This document shows, piece after piece, positions 16,597 to 24,550 of a stretch of 37,233 nt of DNA. The notes beneath the pieces were generated by a model. It saw only the letters and a program-made list of their open reading frames with translations. It had not been told where the DNA came from and ran no database searches. Position numbers and translations under genes: made by a program. Where the stretch lies: positions 1 to 37,233 of the IMG/VR virus record IMGVR_UViG_3300037511_000194, one strand, 5' to 3'. Numbering within the stretch: position 1 is the first letter of the stretch; every line of letters starts with the position of its first letter. Origin of the DNA: a virus (Duplodnaviria; Caudoviricetes).

Positions 16597-17055
16597 TCAA
16601 ATCACAGGGTAATATTTGTCCAACCGCAGGTCAATGCCAGAAACGTTGGAATCTACGGTTGCTGCTACAACAGTCAGGCAGCGGATGCGCTCCTGCTCCG
16701 CTTTCTGCTGAGGCGTGAGGCCGTCAGGGCCGATGTACTTTAGGGCCGTGCCGCCGAAGTAAGGCACTGGTGCAAACCAAGTCGGGTGGGTGGATGCATA
16801 GCGCGCTCGCAGGCTGCGCTCCACGTCCGCATTCATCGCTGTGCTCTCTTCCATACACATCCAATTCTTTCTCCCATTCGAACAGAAACGTTCGCCGCGG
16901 TTTCCCTGCATCTGAGCAGGTCGCACGCGTAGTGCAAGGTTAAAAAGCAGGTGGCGCCAGTATTCCCACGGCGCATAGTGGCATTCCGGCTCGTACATCC
17001 ACCATGGGCGCACCCCGAACCAGAAGCAGCACCAGACAGATTTGCGCCTGCTCAT
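16597..17055 (-). CDS. Hypothetical protein (Trp/Cys-rich N-terminus; may be two genes, second ATG at 16836)
   Basis: ATGA overlap with the MuF-like gene; internal RBS-like GGAAGAG before ATG 16836. Confidence 0.4.
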   Translation of the reverse strand: MSRRKSVWCCFWFGVRPWWMYEPECHYAPWEYWRHLLFNLALRVRPAQMQGNRGERFCSNGRKNWMCMEESTAMNADVERSLRARYASTHPTWFAPVPYFGGTALKYIGPDGLTPQQKAEQERIRCLTVVAATVDSNVSGIDLRLDKYYPVI

Positions 17056-17663
17056 CTATATTCCCACGAGCACCGGTCACGTACCTTGCAATCCCGCTCC
17101 CCAATCTCCGTCTGCGCAGGATCGTTGATAGGAAGCCAGCCACGGGCGGCGGCCTCTATACAGCCCTGACACGAATCCGTCTTGTGTCGGATGCTTTTCC
17201 TTTCCGTGGCTCCGCGCACTAGCTGCTCCGCCTTCTCAAAACGATGGTGGAGGGGTCTGCCAGCTTGCGCGTATAGACGGACGCGAGCGTTGAGCGAATC
17301 AGAGAGTGATTGCTTCCCCGTCGCCACGTCGCGCATGAACCCACGCAGGTACTTGTACTGATCCTGCACGTAGCGCCCGACGCGTCCGTAATCCGCCTCA
17401 GTCATCTGCGCCCATCCGCCCTTCGCCGCCGCGCCGCTGTAGACGGAGACAACCTTCACTTCGCGGCGCATCCGCACTTCCCAGGTAATCAGGTCGATGG
17501 AGCCGGAGCGCAGTTGGTTCGCCAGCACGTCCATGCGCTTGCCTGCCGACTCTAGCGCGCTGTCGAGGTATGCACGGACGCGGGACGCGGGAACCAGCCT
17601 GCCGCTGGTGTCCCTGTACCTGCCAAGGGCGCGGTCGTATCGGAACGGCGGACGTTCAGCCAC
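17052..17663 (-). CDS. Minor head protein (MuF / SPP1 gp7-like)
   Basis: RYRDTSGRLV, QYKYLRGF, RVRLYAQ and C-terminal SCQGC...GW...EIGERDCKVRDRCSWEY motifs. Confidence 0.7.
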   Translation of the reverse strand: MAERPPFRYDRALGRYRDTSGRLVPASRVRAYLDSALESAGKRMDVLANQLRSGSIDLITWEVRMRREVKVVSVYSGAAAKGGWAQMTEADYGRVGRYVQDQYKYLRGFMRDVATGKQSLSDSLNARVRLYAQAGRPLHHRFEKAEQLVRGATERKSIRHKTDSCQGCIEAAARGWLPINDPAQTEIGERDCKVRDRCSWEYR

Positions 17664-17901
17664 GGCGATTCCGCCTACGGTTCTCCCGCTGCATCTTACG
17701 CCGCTTGCGGCGTTGCTCCGCCGCCCACTTGGCTAGCGGGCTCTTGCTACTACGTGGCACGTACACGCCCTGCTCCTTGCCAAGGAGGTTCATCGCCCGC
17801 CGTGACAGGTGATCCGGTACGGGAGTGTAGGCGGCGCGCTCGCTGGCGGTCATGCGTGCGAGGGTTGTGGACGTCACGAGATGATTGGTGTCGGTATTCA
17901 T
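17656..17901 (-). CDS. Basic hypothetical protein
   Basis: ATGA overlap at 17901; YTPVPDHL motif; Arg-rich C-terminus. Confidence 0.55.
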   Translation of the reverse strand: MNTDTNHLVTSTTLARMTASERAAYTPVPDHLSRRAMNLLGKEQGVYVPRSSKSPLAKWAAEQRRKRRKMQRENRRRNRRG

Positions 17902-18134
17902 GTGGGCCTGTTGTTGATGGAGAGAAACCATTCGGCGACCTGCGGCCCAACGACGTTGCGGTCCGTGGTCACGGCGATTACGCGGCCTTCGCCCTGATGC
18001 GGCGGCGTGAGGATGAACACGCCGAAGTGTGTACCGGGCGGGAGCATGTCACGCACCGTGTCCATTACCTTTTGCGCAAGCGGAGCCGCCCTCAGAGCAA
18101 ATCTCGCGTCCGCATCTACTTCCTCGTCTTTCAT
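17898..18134 (-). CDS. Hypothetical protein
   Basis: GGGGAG RBS; coupled start and stop. Confidence 0.6.
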   Translation of the reverse strand: MKDEEVDADARFALRAAPLAQKVMDTVRDMLPPGTHFGVFILTPPHQGEGRVIAVTTDRNVVGPQVAEWFLSINNRPT

Positions 18135-18325
18135 CTCCCCTGCTTCCCGTGTCCAATGTGAAAGTACCCGCAGTGAGGACAGGTGTATACCTCCAGCCCT
18201 TCGGCCGCACCCTTACGCTTCTGGATGCCCTCACGCTGCGCCTTGGCCCCTGCGCGTGAAGTGTGCTGCTGCTTGCCCGTCTTGTGGCACCAGCCGACGA
18301 CTGGAGACCAGCGACGCGTTTTCAT
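18131..18325 (-). CDS. Small zinc-binding protein
   Basis: C.KTGK...YTCPHCGYFHIGH motif. Confidence 0.6.
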   Translation of the reverse strand: MKTRRWSPVVGWCHKTGKQQHTSRAGAKAQREGIQKRKGAAEGLEVYTCPHCGYFHIGHGKQGR

Positions 18326-18330
18326 TGGGG

Positions 18331-18567
18331 CTAGCGGCTGATCCAGCGGGTGAACGCATCCACGGCATCCGTCAAGCGGTCCAGCGTCCAGATGGCTACG
18401 CGCTCCCACAGCGGCTTCCGGCGCAGCCGCATCGCCAGCAACCGCGCCTCTTCGTCCGTCGGCGGTGGAATGCGGCTGAAGGCCGCCTCCACCTCTTCCA
18501 AGGTAAAGCCAGAGCGCGAGAGGATGCGACTCGCTTTCGCTATCTGCTCAGACGTGGGATGGTTCAT
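18331..18567 (-). CDS. Hypothetical protein
   Basis: ATGA overlap at 18567; MNHPTSEQIAKAS... Confidence 0.55.
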   Translation of the reverse strand: MNHPTSEQIAKASRILSRSGFTLEEVEAAFSRIPPPTDEEARLLAMRLRRKPLWERVAIWTLDRLTDAVDAFTRWISR

Positions 18568-18902
18568 ACTGGGGGCTTTCCGGGCAACCTGAAGTCGGTT
18601 ATCAATCTCTCGCCTAAAAATGCGGCATAGTCCTTCGCATAGCGATGGTCGCCGCGATCTTTCCAATGATTCAACCAGTCGCGCTGTACCTGTACCGCGA
18701 AGGCTTCAAGTTCTGTGGTCAGGTGGATGCCATCACCTACCGGCATCTCCACCTCATACGCATCCGGGCCGGGGCCGGGAAACGTGTCCCCGCAGTGCCA
18801 GCGCCAACCGTCCTCTGTGCGAATCCAAAAGCCGCCGCCGATGGCGAATGCCTTTGTACCGACAGGGTAATTATGCCACTGCCGATGCGGTTTGAATTTC
18901 AT
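18564..18902 (-). CDS. Hypothetical protein (Trp-rich N-terminus)
   Basis: ATGA overlap; YPVGTKAFAIGGGFWIRTEDGWRW. Confidence 0.6.
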   Translation of the reverse strand: MKFKPHRQWHNYPVGTKAFAIGGGFWIRTEDGWRWHCGDTFPGPGPDAYEVEMPVGDGIHLTTELEAFAVQVQRDWLNHWKDRGDHRYAKDYAAFLGERLITDFRLPGKPPV

Positions 18903-19117
18903 GCGTCCGCCAGTTCTGAGGCGAGAGAGGAAAGAGCTGCGGCGCGCTCAAGCGCCAAATCGCGAACGACGGCCTTCCATCCCTTTGGGGGCGGGCGTCT
19001 GGCATCGGAGGCTAGGCGCGTCTGGCTCACCGTGTTCTCTGAAACGCCCAAGGCTTCCGCCATCGTTTTGATGATCGGCGGCCCCGCCAGCACGTCCACA
19101 GCCTTGTTGTAGTCCAT
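18899..19117 (-). CDS. Cro/XRE-like helix-turn-helix regulator
   Basis: MAEALGVSENTVSQTR HTH; GGAGAAGG RBS; divergent from the plus-strand operon. Confidence 0.65.
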   Translation of the reverse strand: MDYNKAVDVLAGPPIIKTMAEALGVSENTVSQTRLASDARRPPPKGWKAVVRDLALERAAALSSLASELADA

Positions 19118-19132
19118 CCTTCTCCTGCTCGC

Positions 19133-19174
19133 GTAAGATACTCTTGACACGATCCGTCGCCCACTGTATCTTAC
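19133..19174 (+). promoter_or_regulatory. Sigma70 promoter with flanking 9-bp inverted repeat (putative operator)
   Basis: TTGACA (19144-49), 17 nt, TATCTT (19167-72); GTAAGATAC 19133-41 and GTATCTTAC 19166-74. Confidence 0.75.
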
Positions 19175-19215
19175 ATGTCAGAGAGACGAAGCGCAACCCC
19201 GACGGAGCGGAGACG

Positions 19216-19482
19216 ATGGAAGCGGTTCAGGTGGCATCGGTAACGGCGACCCTGCACGCGGCGGGCCTGACCGCCACCCGGATCGTACGTCGAGTGCGAC
19301 GGAGCGGCTACAACGCGCGTCAGGTGAACGCATATCGCGTGGCCGTGTTCTTTACGCACTACGGAGAGCGCCGGGCGGAGATGGAAGCCGCCGCAGAGCG
19401 CGCCCTGTGCGCCGCCGGGTACGCCGTTTCGCGGCCTTTCCAGAACAGCAACGGCGTGCTGTTCGTGACTCACTCGCGCTAG
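19216..19482 (+). CDS. Hypothetical protein, first gene of the plus-strand cassette
   Basis: GGAG RBS and ATG 19216. Confidence 0.6.
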   Translation: MEAVQVASVTATLHAAGLTATRIVRRVRRSGYNARQVNAYRVAVFFTHYGERRAEMEAAAERALCAAGYAVSRPFQNSNGVLFVTHSR

Positions 19483-19495
19483 CCGGAGACGACCT

Positions 19496-19723
19496 TTGAG
19501 CGCAGAGACCATCTGTCCGACCTGCGGGCGCCCAGCCAGCAGTCCATATCGCATCTTCAACTCGTCGGGCGAGGTGGAAGAGGGGTGCGTGGACGCTGCA
19601 CACGACGGCGAGTTGCAAGCCCTCTCCGCATCCGCCCGCTGGCACAGCCGAGATGTGTCCGTGCGCATCCGGAAGGAAGCAGAGCGTATCCGCGGAACCA
19701 GAGGCGCGGTGACCGATGCCTAA
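19496..19723 (+). CDS. Hypothetical protein with Zn-binding motif
   Basis: TTG start with GGAG RBS; CPTCGRP..PYR...EGCVDAAH. Confidence 0.6.
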   Translation: MSAETICPTCGRPASSPYRIFNSSGEVEEGCVDAAHDGELQALSASARWHSRDVSVRIRKEAERIRGTRGAVTDA

Positions 19724-19919
19724 GCCTACCTACAAGATCGTGGAGCGCGATAAGCGCTACTTCGTCTTCGGCTACGTCGGCGCGGGAAAGTACATGCAGT
19801 GCTCGGAAGGCTACAGACGGTATGCGGACGCTGTGCAGCGGATGCGCCTCAACTGCGGTTCCGAGCGAGCGGCCAAGGCGGAGTTGCTTGGCTGGAACGG
19901 CACCTCCATCAACGATTGA
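19716..19919 (+). CDS. Hypothetical protein
   Basis: Overlapping start and stop within the operon. Confidence 0.6.
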   Translation: MPKPTYKIVERDKRYFVFGYVGAGKYMQCSEGYRRYADAVQRMRLNCGSERAAKAELLGWNGTSIND

Positions 19920-19938
19920 CCACAGGAGCGAGGGGGCC

Positions 19939-20130
19939 ATGCAGGGCATCGTGATAGAGACGCGCGAGGCGCACCCCGGTCTGTACCGGGCCGAAGTCGC
20001 AGAGGGACCGGCTTGGGCGCGCGGATACCGTATCGACCGCACGTCACGCGGGGAAGCCTACAACGACCTATGCCACACCCTGCGCACCATTCGCGTTGGC
20101 GGGGTTGATTTCATCCACGTACCGGAGTGA
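19939..20130 (+). CDS. Hypothetical protein
   Basis: GAGGGGG RBS and ATG 19939. Confidence 0.55.
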   Translation: MQGIVIETREAHPGLYRAEVAEGPAWARGYRIDRTSRGEAYNDLCHTLRTIRVGGVDFIHVPE

Positions 20131-20372
20131 CCACCATGAAGACACAACTTTGGGTAGTCAACGTCACGATGGAGATGGTAGTCCTCGCCCAAAACGAGGA
20201 GACAGCCAAGTCCGTCGCCGCAAGGTACGGCAGAGAGGGGACGGAAGACGCGCGGGAGATCGGCAGCGTTCGCCCCGTTCAAAGTTTGCAAGATTTGCCG
20301 AGGGGGTGGCGTGACGCCTTCCCGTGGAGCGACCTTGGGCAATTCATGACCTGCGGGGAAATGCTACGATGA
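20127..20372 (+). CDS. Hypothetical protein
   Basis: GTGA coupling; VVLAQNEETA and DLPRGWRDAFPW motifs. Confidence 0.6.
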   Translation: MTTMKTQLWVVNVTMEMVVLAQNEETAKSVAARYGREGTEDAREIGSVRPVQSLQDLPRGWRDAFPWSDLGQFMTCGEMLR

Positions 20373-20560
20373 ACGCCCGCGACGTACCCGCCTGTATGCG
20401 CATCCCCGTGGACGAAGCGAGAGCGTATGAGCATGGCTACGGCTTCGGCAACGCGGGGCTGTCTCGCGACACTAATCCGCACTTCCCGCACGGCGAGACG
20501 CGACGGCTGGCGGTGGCGTGGGATGAGGGCTGGTGCGATGGGCTGGAGGTACTGCCGTGA
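20369..20560 (+). CDS. Ribosome modulation factor (Rmf/CrpP-fold)-like protein
   Basis: RAYEHGYGFGNAGLSRDTNPH...AWDEGWCDG resembles the RMF pattern RA...GY.AG..G.S...CPY...W..GW..G. Confidence 0.55.
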   Translation: MNARDVPACMRIPVDEARAYEHGYGFGNAGLSRDTNPHFPHGETRRLAVAWDEGWCDGLEVLP

Positions 20561-20991
20561 GCGTTCCATCGCTTAACCGCACCGCGGAACGCCCATGGTG
20601 CGCCACAGAAGTAGTGCGTCTGGCGTTGGGTGGCTTTGCTGCGGAAGCCTTTGCCGACAGCGCCGATGCGGGATACTGGTCGGCGGTTTGGGATGATGTG
20701 TGTGTCGGGGTGCTGGCCTATCGACGTCCCGGCTTGGGATACGGCACATGGACCCTGTCGTGGTTGGCCGTGCGGCCCGCGTGGCAACACAGGGGAGTTG
20801 GGCGCCTGCTCGTCAACGCGTGGCTGGCGGACACGGGACCGCACATGGCCTACGTCGCTTCGGCGCTTCCCGCTGTCGGGTTCTACAAGCGCATGGGCTT
20901 TCGGCCTGTTCGTCGCCAGAGGCACCCATATGGATCAGACGATACGCTGCTGATGGTCCTCGAAACCTCAATCAATGGAGCGGACAAGTGA
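20557..20991 (+). CDS. GNAT family N-acetyltransferase
   Basis: Motif A LAVRPAWQHRGVGRLL and motif B AVGFYKRMGF. Confidence 0.85.
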   Translation: MSVPSLNRTAERPWCATEVVRLALGGFAAEAFADSADAGYWSAVWDDVCVGVLAYRRPGLGYGTWTLSWLAVRPAWQHRGVGRLLVNAWLADTGPHMAYVASALPAVGFYKRMGFRPVRRQRHPYGSDDTLLMVLETSINGADK

Positions 20992-21236
20992 GCGATAACG
21001 TTGGAGACACCGGCCGCCAACTGGCGCATCGTATCGACGCGCTGGTGGGTGAAATGCGCGCGCTGTTGGGGGACGTGCTGCAACACGTCGGACCGTACGA
21101 CACGGAGGCGCTGGCGACGATGGCAGAGGAAGGGAAGGTGATCGTCTTGCGGCTGGACGGGTTCGCTAAGCGGGTGCGTGAGGGCAACTTCAAGCCCGCT
21201 ACCGTGTGGCGCAAGCCTACAGCCACGCGCGGCTAG
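20988..21236 (+). CDS. Hypothetical protein, last gene of the plus-strand cassette
   Basis: GTGA coupling with GGAG RBS; stop overlaps the convergent gene's stop (CTAG). Confidence 0.55.
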   Translation: MSDNVGDTGRQLAHRIDALVGEMRALLGDVLQHVGPYDTEALATMAEEGKVIVLRLDGFAKRVREGNFKPATVWRKPTATRG

Positions 21237-21403
21237 CCTCCGTCCTCTCCCTCGTACTCCGGAGCGTCCAGAAGCGCCCTGCCGTCAGGTGGAGCGTCTT
21301 GCTGCCATGCTGCGGCCGCGTCGTCACGGTCTGCGGGCGTGATCTGCGCGAGGCTTGCGGCCTGATCGTCGGACAGTTCGGGTGGAATCTGCTGGCGTTT
21401 CAT
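21233..21403 (-). CDS. 56-aa acidic hypothetical protein (not in ORF track)
   Basis: ATGA overlap with the HslV-like stop; MKRQQIPPELSDDQAASLAQITPADRDDAAAAWQQDAPPDGRALLDAPEYEGEDGG. Confidence 0.55.
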   Translation of the reverse strand: MKRQQIPPELSDDQAASLAQITPADRDDAAAAWQQDAPPDGRALLDAPEYEGEDGG

Positions 21404-21972
21404 GCGACAGCGGAGAGAGCGAGGGTTTGGGGTGGATTAAAGCAGAACGGGCTGCGCACCGCGTCAGTATGGTTCTCCGCCGCCTCCAGCGCCCAGCGGA
21501 TACGACGCATGGGGTCGAACTCCGCCGTGACCGCCAGCACTCCCGACGCAACAGCGCGCGCGATTGGATGCCCGGCGGTGGCGTAACCGCGCGAGTTGTG
21601 GAACACGCACAGCCGGTCGGAGACGTTGAAGAGTTGCCCGCCACAGGAAACGAGAAATTCAGCGGTGGCGTTCTCTACCCCGTTTTCGCGCTCTATACTC
21701 CCTCCCGCTTCCAGAACTCCGCGGATGCGGGGAACCAACTCTCGCACAAGATAGCCTTGGCTGTCGTCGCCGATTTTTGCGGGCAACTCTGCGCACGCAT
21801 ACCTGACGAGCTGCGTCGCCCTGACCGTGCCTGCTCCGCCTAGAACGAGCGGGGGTAGCGAGAAGATTTTCGGGCTCGTGTGGGCATCCTCAAACCCGTC
21901 GCCATACCAGCCGCCGCAGTCCGCGCCCATGTATACCGCGCCCTCGTGCTCTATCCCGACGATCAGCGTCAT
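21400..21972 (-). CDS. HslV/proteasome-beta-like Ntn hydrolase
   Basis: N-terminal MTLIVG....AVYMGAD gives a Thr1 nucleophile; PKIF, GGAG and ALEAA...VRSPF motifs. Confidence 0.75.
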   Translation of the reverse strand: MTLIVGIEHEGAVYMGADCGGWYGDGFEDAHTSPKIFSLPPLVLGGAGTVRATQLVRYACAELPAKIGDDSQGYLVRELVPRIRGVLEAGGSIERENGVENATAEFLVSCGGQLFNVSDRLCVFHNSRGYATAGHPIARAVASGVLAVTAEFDPMRRIRWALEAAENHTDAVRSPFCFNPPQTLALSAVA

Positions 21973-22219
21973 GGTCTCTGGTTCGGTTCAGGTCTGGGCG
22001 GTATACGGGCCAAACATCTTTCAGGGCTCCACCATCCAATACAATCCACCCCCAGACGAGGTTGACGTTTTCCGGTCGCGAGTAGCGCACGCCCACGGGA
22101 GCGGCGTAGACGGTGGCGCTCATTTCACCTTGGCGGACAACTTCAAGGATGCGTAGCGTTGTGGGCTCTCCACTCCGCGCGGCCTCCAGCCACGGCTCCG
22201 GAAGTGCAGGGTGACTCAT
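21890..22219 (-). CDS. Hypothetical protein (3' end uncertain)
   Basis: ATGA overlap with portal stop; the 83-nt overlap with the next gene suggests the true end is near 21969. Confidence 0.4.
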   Translation of the reverse strand: MSHPALPEPWLEAARSGEPTTLRILEVVRQGEMSATVYAAPVGVRYSRPENVNLVWGWIVLDGGALKDVWPVYRPDLNRTRDHDADRRDRARGRGIHGRGLRRLVWRRV

Positions 22220-24042
22220 TGCGTCAGGTTGGGTGGGCCGTCGGTGCGCAGCGCTGCATCGGCCTGTTCCGCCGTATATCCCATTTCGTTCATCAGGAAC
22301 CACTTCCTGTCCACGCCGCTGCCCGCTGCGCCTTCAAACATGGTCCAGCGGCGCTCCTGCGTCGCCAGCGTGCGCTCCTGCGCGATCCTGGCGCGCGTGG
22401 CGGCTACGTCCTGCACCCCCAGCCGCGCGGTGCCTTCCTCTGCGTCCAGCAACTCACCCTGCACGGCCGCCAGCGTCGCGGTCTGCGCCGCCACGGACGG
22501 GCTGCCAGCGCTGGGATGGCTCTGGACCTGCACGGCGTAGTTGTCCGCGAAGTCCGGTGCTTCAGAGCCAGCAAGCCAGTCGGCAGCAATCGTTACCCAT
22601 GTGAGCCCGGCGGCGAGCGCGCCGTCCACGGCTTCGGCAACGCCCCTGATGTCGTTGAAGAACCCGGCTCGCGCCTGCTCATAGGCTTCTCCGCTGGCCT
22701 CTGCCGTGCTGCCCGTCAAGCCGCTGCGGCGGTGCCCCTGACGGCAGGCGTAGCGCATCATCATCGTGTGGGCGTCCGCACCTTCAATGATGTTGGCGAC
22801 CTGCGACGGCTCGTGGTAACTGACTTCCGGCGTAGTGAATCCGAACACAGGCGCGCCGTCCGCGTTGACGCCAGTCTGGTACGGGAAGCCGTTCAGCTTG
22901 CGGATAACTTCCGGTCCAAGATTGGCGTCTGCGGGCCAGAGGTAGTAAGTGACATTGTCAACAACCTGTGTCGTCGGCAGGTCGATGCCGGGCGGCGGCG
23001 TGGTCTTCCACTCTCCGTCTTCCTGCGCGTTGCTTTCCGTGCGCTGCCCATAACCATGCGCCTGGATCAGACGCGTGAGCGATGTGGCATCCAAGTCAAG
23101 CGCCGCCTGGATGCGCACCACTGCGGGCGTCAGGATGCAGCCCACGTCCGCGCTGACAACAGGAATCCAGCCGCCCCATGGATAGCGCGTCTCCGCGGTG
23201 TCGGCGCCCTCTGTCAACAGGCGCAGCACGGTTATGCCGCCTTCGTTGAACCACGTCTCCGCGCACTTCCTGTTCTGTGAATCATCGAACAGGAATACGC
23301 CCGTCTTTTCGTGCGTGTCGGGGTCGATGTAGACGGCGCAGGTATTGGGCGGCGGAGCCACGACGCGGATGTGCCGGAGCGCTGCTGCGCGGTCTGGCTG
23401 GCGCGGAATCCGCTGCTCCGTGCCGACGACTTCGCCCGACTCGTTTTTGATGGCGACTTCCTGCGTGCGGCTTGCCGGATTGAAGAAGAAGCGCAGGCAC
23501 GCCTGCCCGCTCTTGGACATGGAGCCCTGCGCCACCATGCCCTTGACGCCCGTGGGGTTGCGGATATTGCTGCCACCCCACAGTCCTTCGGTCGTCCACC
23601 ACGCCGACAGATCGCGCTCCCACTCGTCAACTGCGCGCTTCTGTTCGTCGGAGAGCCCACGCACGCCCTTCTCGTCAGCCGCGCCCGCTGGCTCCTTCGC
23701 ACCTACCGTGATGCTGGCCTCGTTCGCGCACGCCCCGTCCACGCGTTCGGTAAGGCACGTGTACATCTCCGGATTGGGCGTCAGGAGGCGGGTAAGGTCC
23801 GACTTGGCCTTGGGGGTAAGCTGGCCGTTTACGTCGAAGCCAGCACCGATCCAGGGCTTGCCGTCCTGTAGGTGATCGGCCAGCACCACGTAGGCGTAGA
23901 CGCTGTCCGCGTGGCCCTTGTCGAAGCCGCCGGGGAAATTGGCCGTGGCAGCCGCCAGCGCATGGTCGTACGTCCACTCCCGCCGGTCGCGTGGCGGGGT
24001 GGAGGTTGAGGCGCTGTTCGTGGTGGGCGTGGCTAGGGCCAT
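22216..24042 (-). CDS. Portal protein
   Basis: 608 aa downstream of TerL and upstream of the MuF-like gene; ASGEA motif of SPP1/A118-like portals; assigned mainly by synteny. Confidence 0.7.
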   Translation of the reverse strand: MALATPTTNSASTSTPPRDRREWTYDHALAAATANFPGGFDKGHADSVYAYVVLADHLQDGKPWIGAGFDVNGQLTPKAKSDLTRLLTPNPEMYTCLTERVDGACANEASITVGAKEPAGAADEKGVRGLSDEQKRAVDEWERDLSAWWTTEGLWGGSNIRNPTGVKGMVAQGSMSKSGQACLRFFFNPASRTQEVAIKNESGEVVGTEQRIPRQPDRAAALRHIRVVAPPPNTCAVYIDPDTHEKTGVFLFDDSQNRKCAETWFNEGGITVLRLLTEGADTAETRYPWGGWIPVVSADVGCILTPAVVRIQAALDLDATSLTRLIQAHGYGQRTESNAQEDGEWKTTPPPGIDLPTTQVVDNVTYYLWPADANLGPEVIRKLNGFPYQTGVNADGAPVFGFTTPEVSYHEPSQVANIIEGADAHTMMMRYACRQGHRRSGLTGSTAEASGEAYEQARAGFFNDIRGVAEAVDGALAAGLTWVTIAADWLAGSEAPDFADNYAVQVQSHPSAGSPSVAAQTATLAAVQGELLDAEEGTARLGVQDVAATRARIAQERTLATQERRWTMFEGAAGSGVDRKWFLMNEMGYTAEQADAALRTDGPPNLTQ

Positions 24043-24092
24043 GCGGCAGCGGGGATTCGAGGGAGCGGGCGAAGAAAGCCGTTCAGGTGTGA

Positions 24093-24121
24093 ACTATAGG
24101 CGCTGTCGAAGGCAGGTGCAA
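24093..24121 (-). promoter_or_regulatory. Sigma70-type promoter upstream of portal
   Basis: TTGCAC-17 nt-TATAGT. Confidence 0.6.
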
Positions 24122-24162
24122 TGGGCGAAGCGCCCGGTCAAAGACGGCCTCGCCGTTCTCGT

Positions 24163-24486
24163 TTAGCAGATGCCGGAGCAGCAGGCGGCGATGCCGGTGC
24201 ACGAGTCCATGCACACGGTCGGACGCGGACAGGACTGGCAGGTCGCGTCGTCGCAGGTGTAGGGACAGGTGTTCTGGCCGCAGTGCGTGAACAGGGTGTC
24301 GGGTGGACACGGCCCGCACGCCGTCTCGGCCGAGGCGCCACCGCCGCCGCAGGTGTCGTAGTTGGTGTCGTCCACGCAGAGCGCGCCCGTGCGCCCCTTC
24401 ACTGTCCCGAAGCCTTCTGCGGGGTTACGCCCGGTGGCAAAGCTCTCCACCATCAGTTCGTCGAGGTCCAGCTTCAGCTTCCGCAT
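24163..24486 (-). CDS. RiPP precursor 2 (pinensin-like lanthipeptide leader, 14-Cys core), 107 aa
   Basis: GAGGAGG RBS; MRKLKLDLDELMVESFATG..GTVKG leader; Thr/Cys/Gly-rich core ending CCSGIC. Confidence 0.85.
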   Translation of the reverse strand: MRKLKLDLDELMVESFATGRNPAEGFGTVKGRTGALCVDDTNYDTCGGGGASAETACGPCPPDTLFTHCGQNTCPYTCDDATCQSCPRPTVCMDSCTGIAACCSGIC

Positions 24487-24550
24487 AGTCGCCTCCTCAG
24501 GCATCCGCGGTTATGCGCCACGCTCTCACCCGGCGCCCGGTCTCCGCAGC

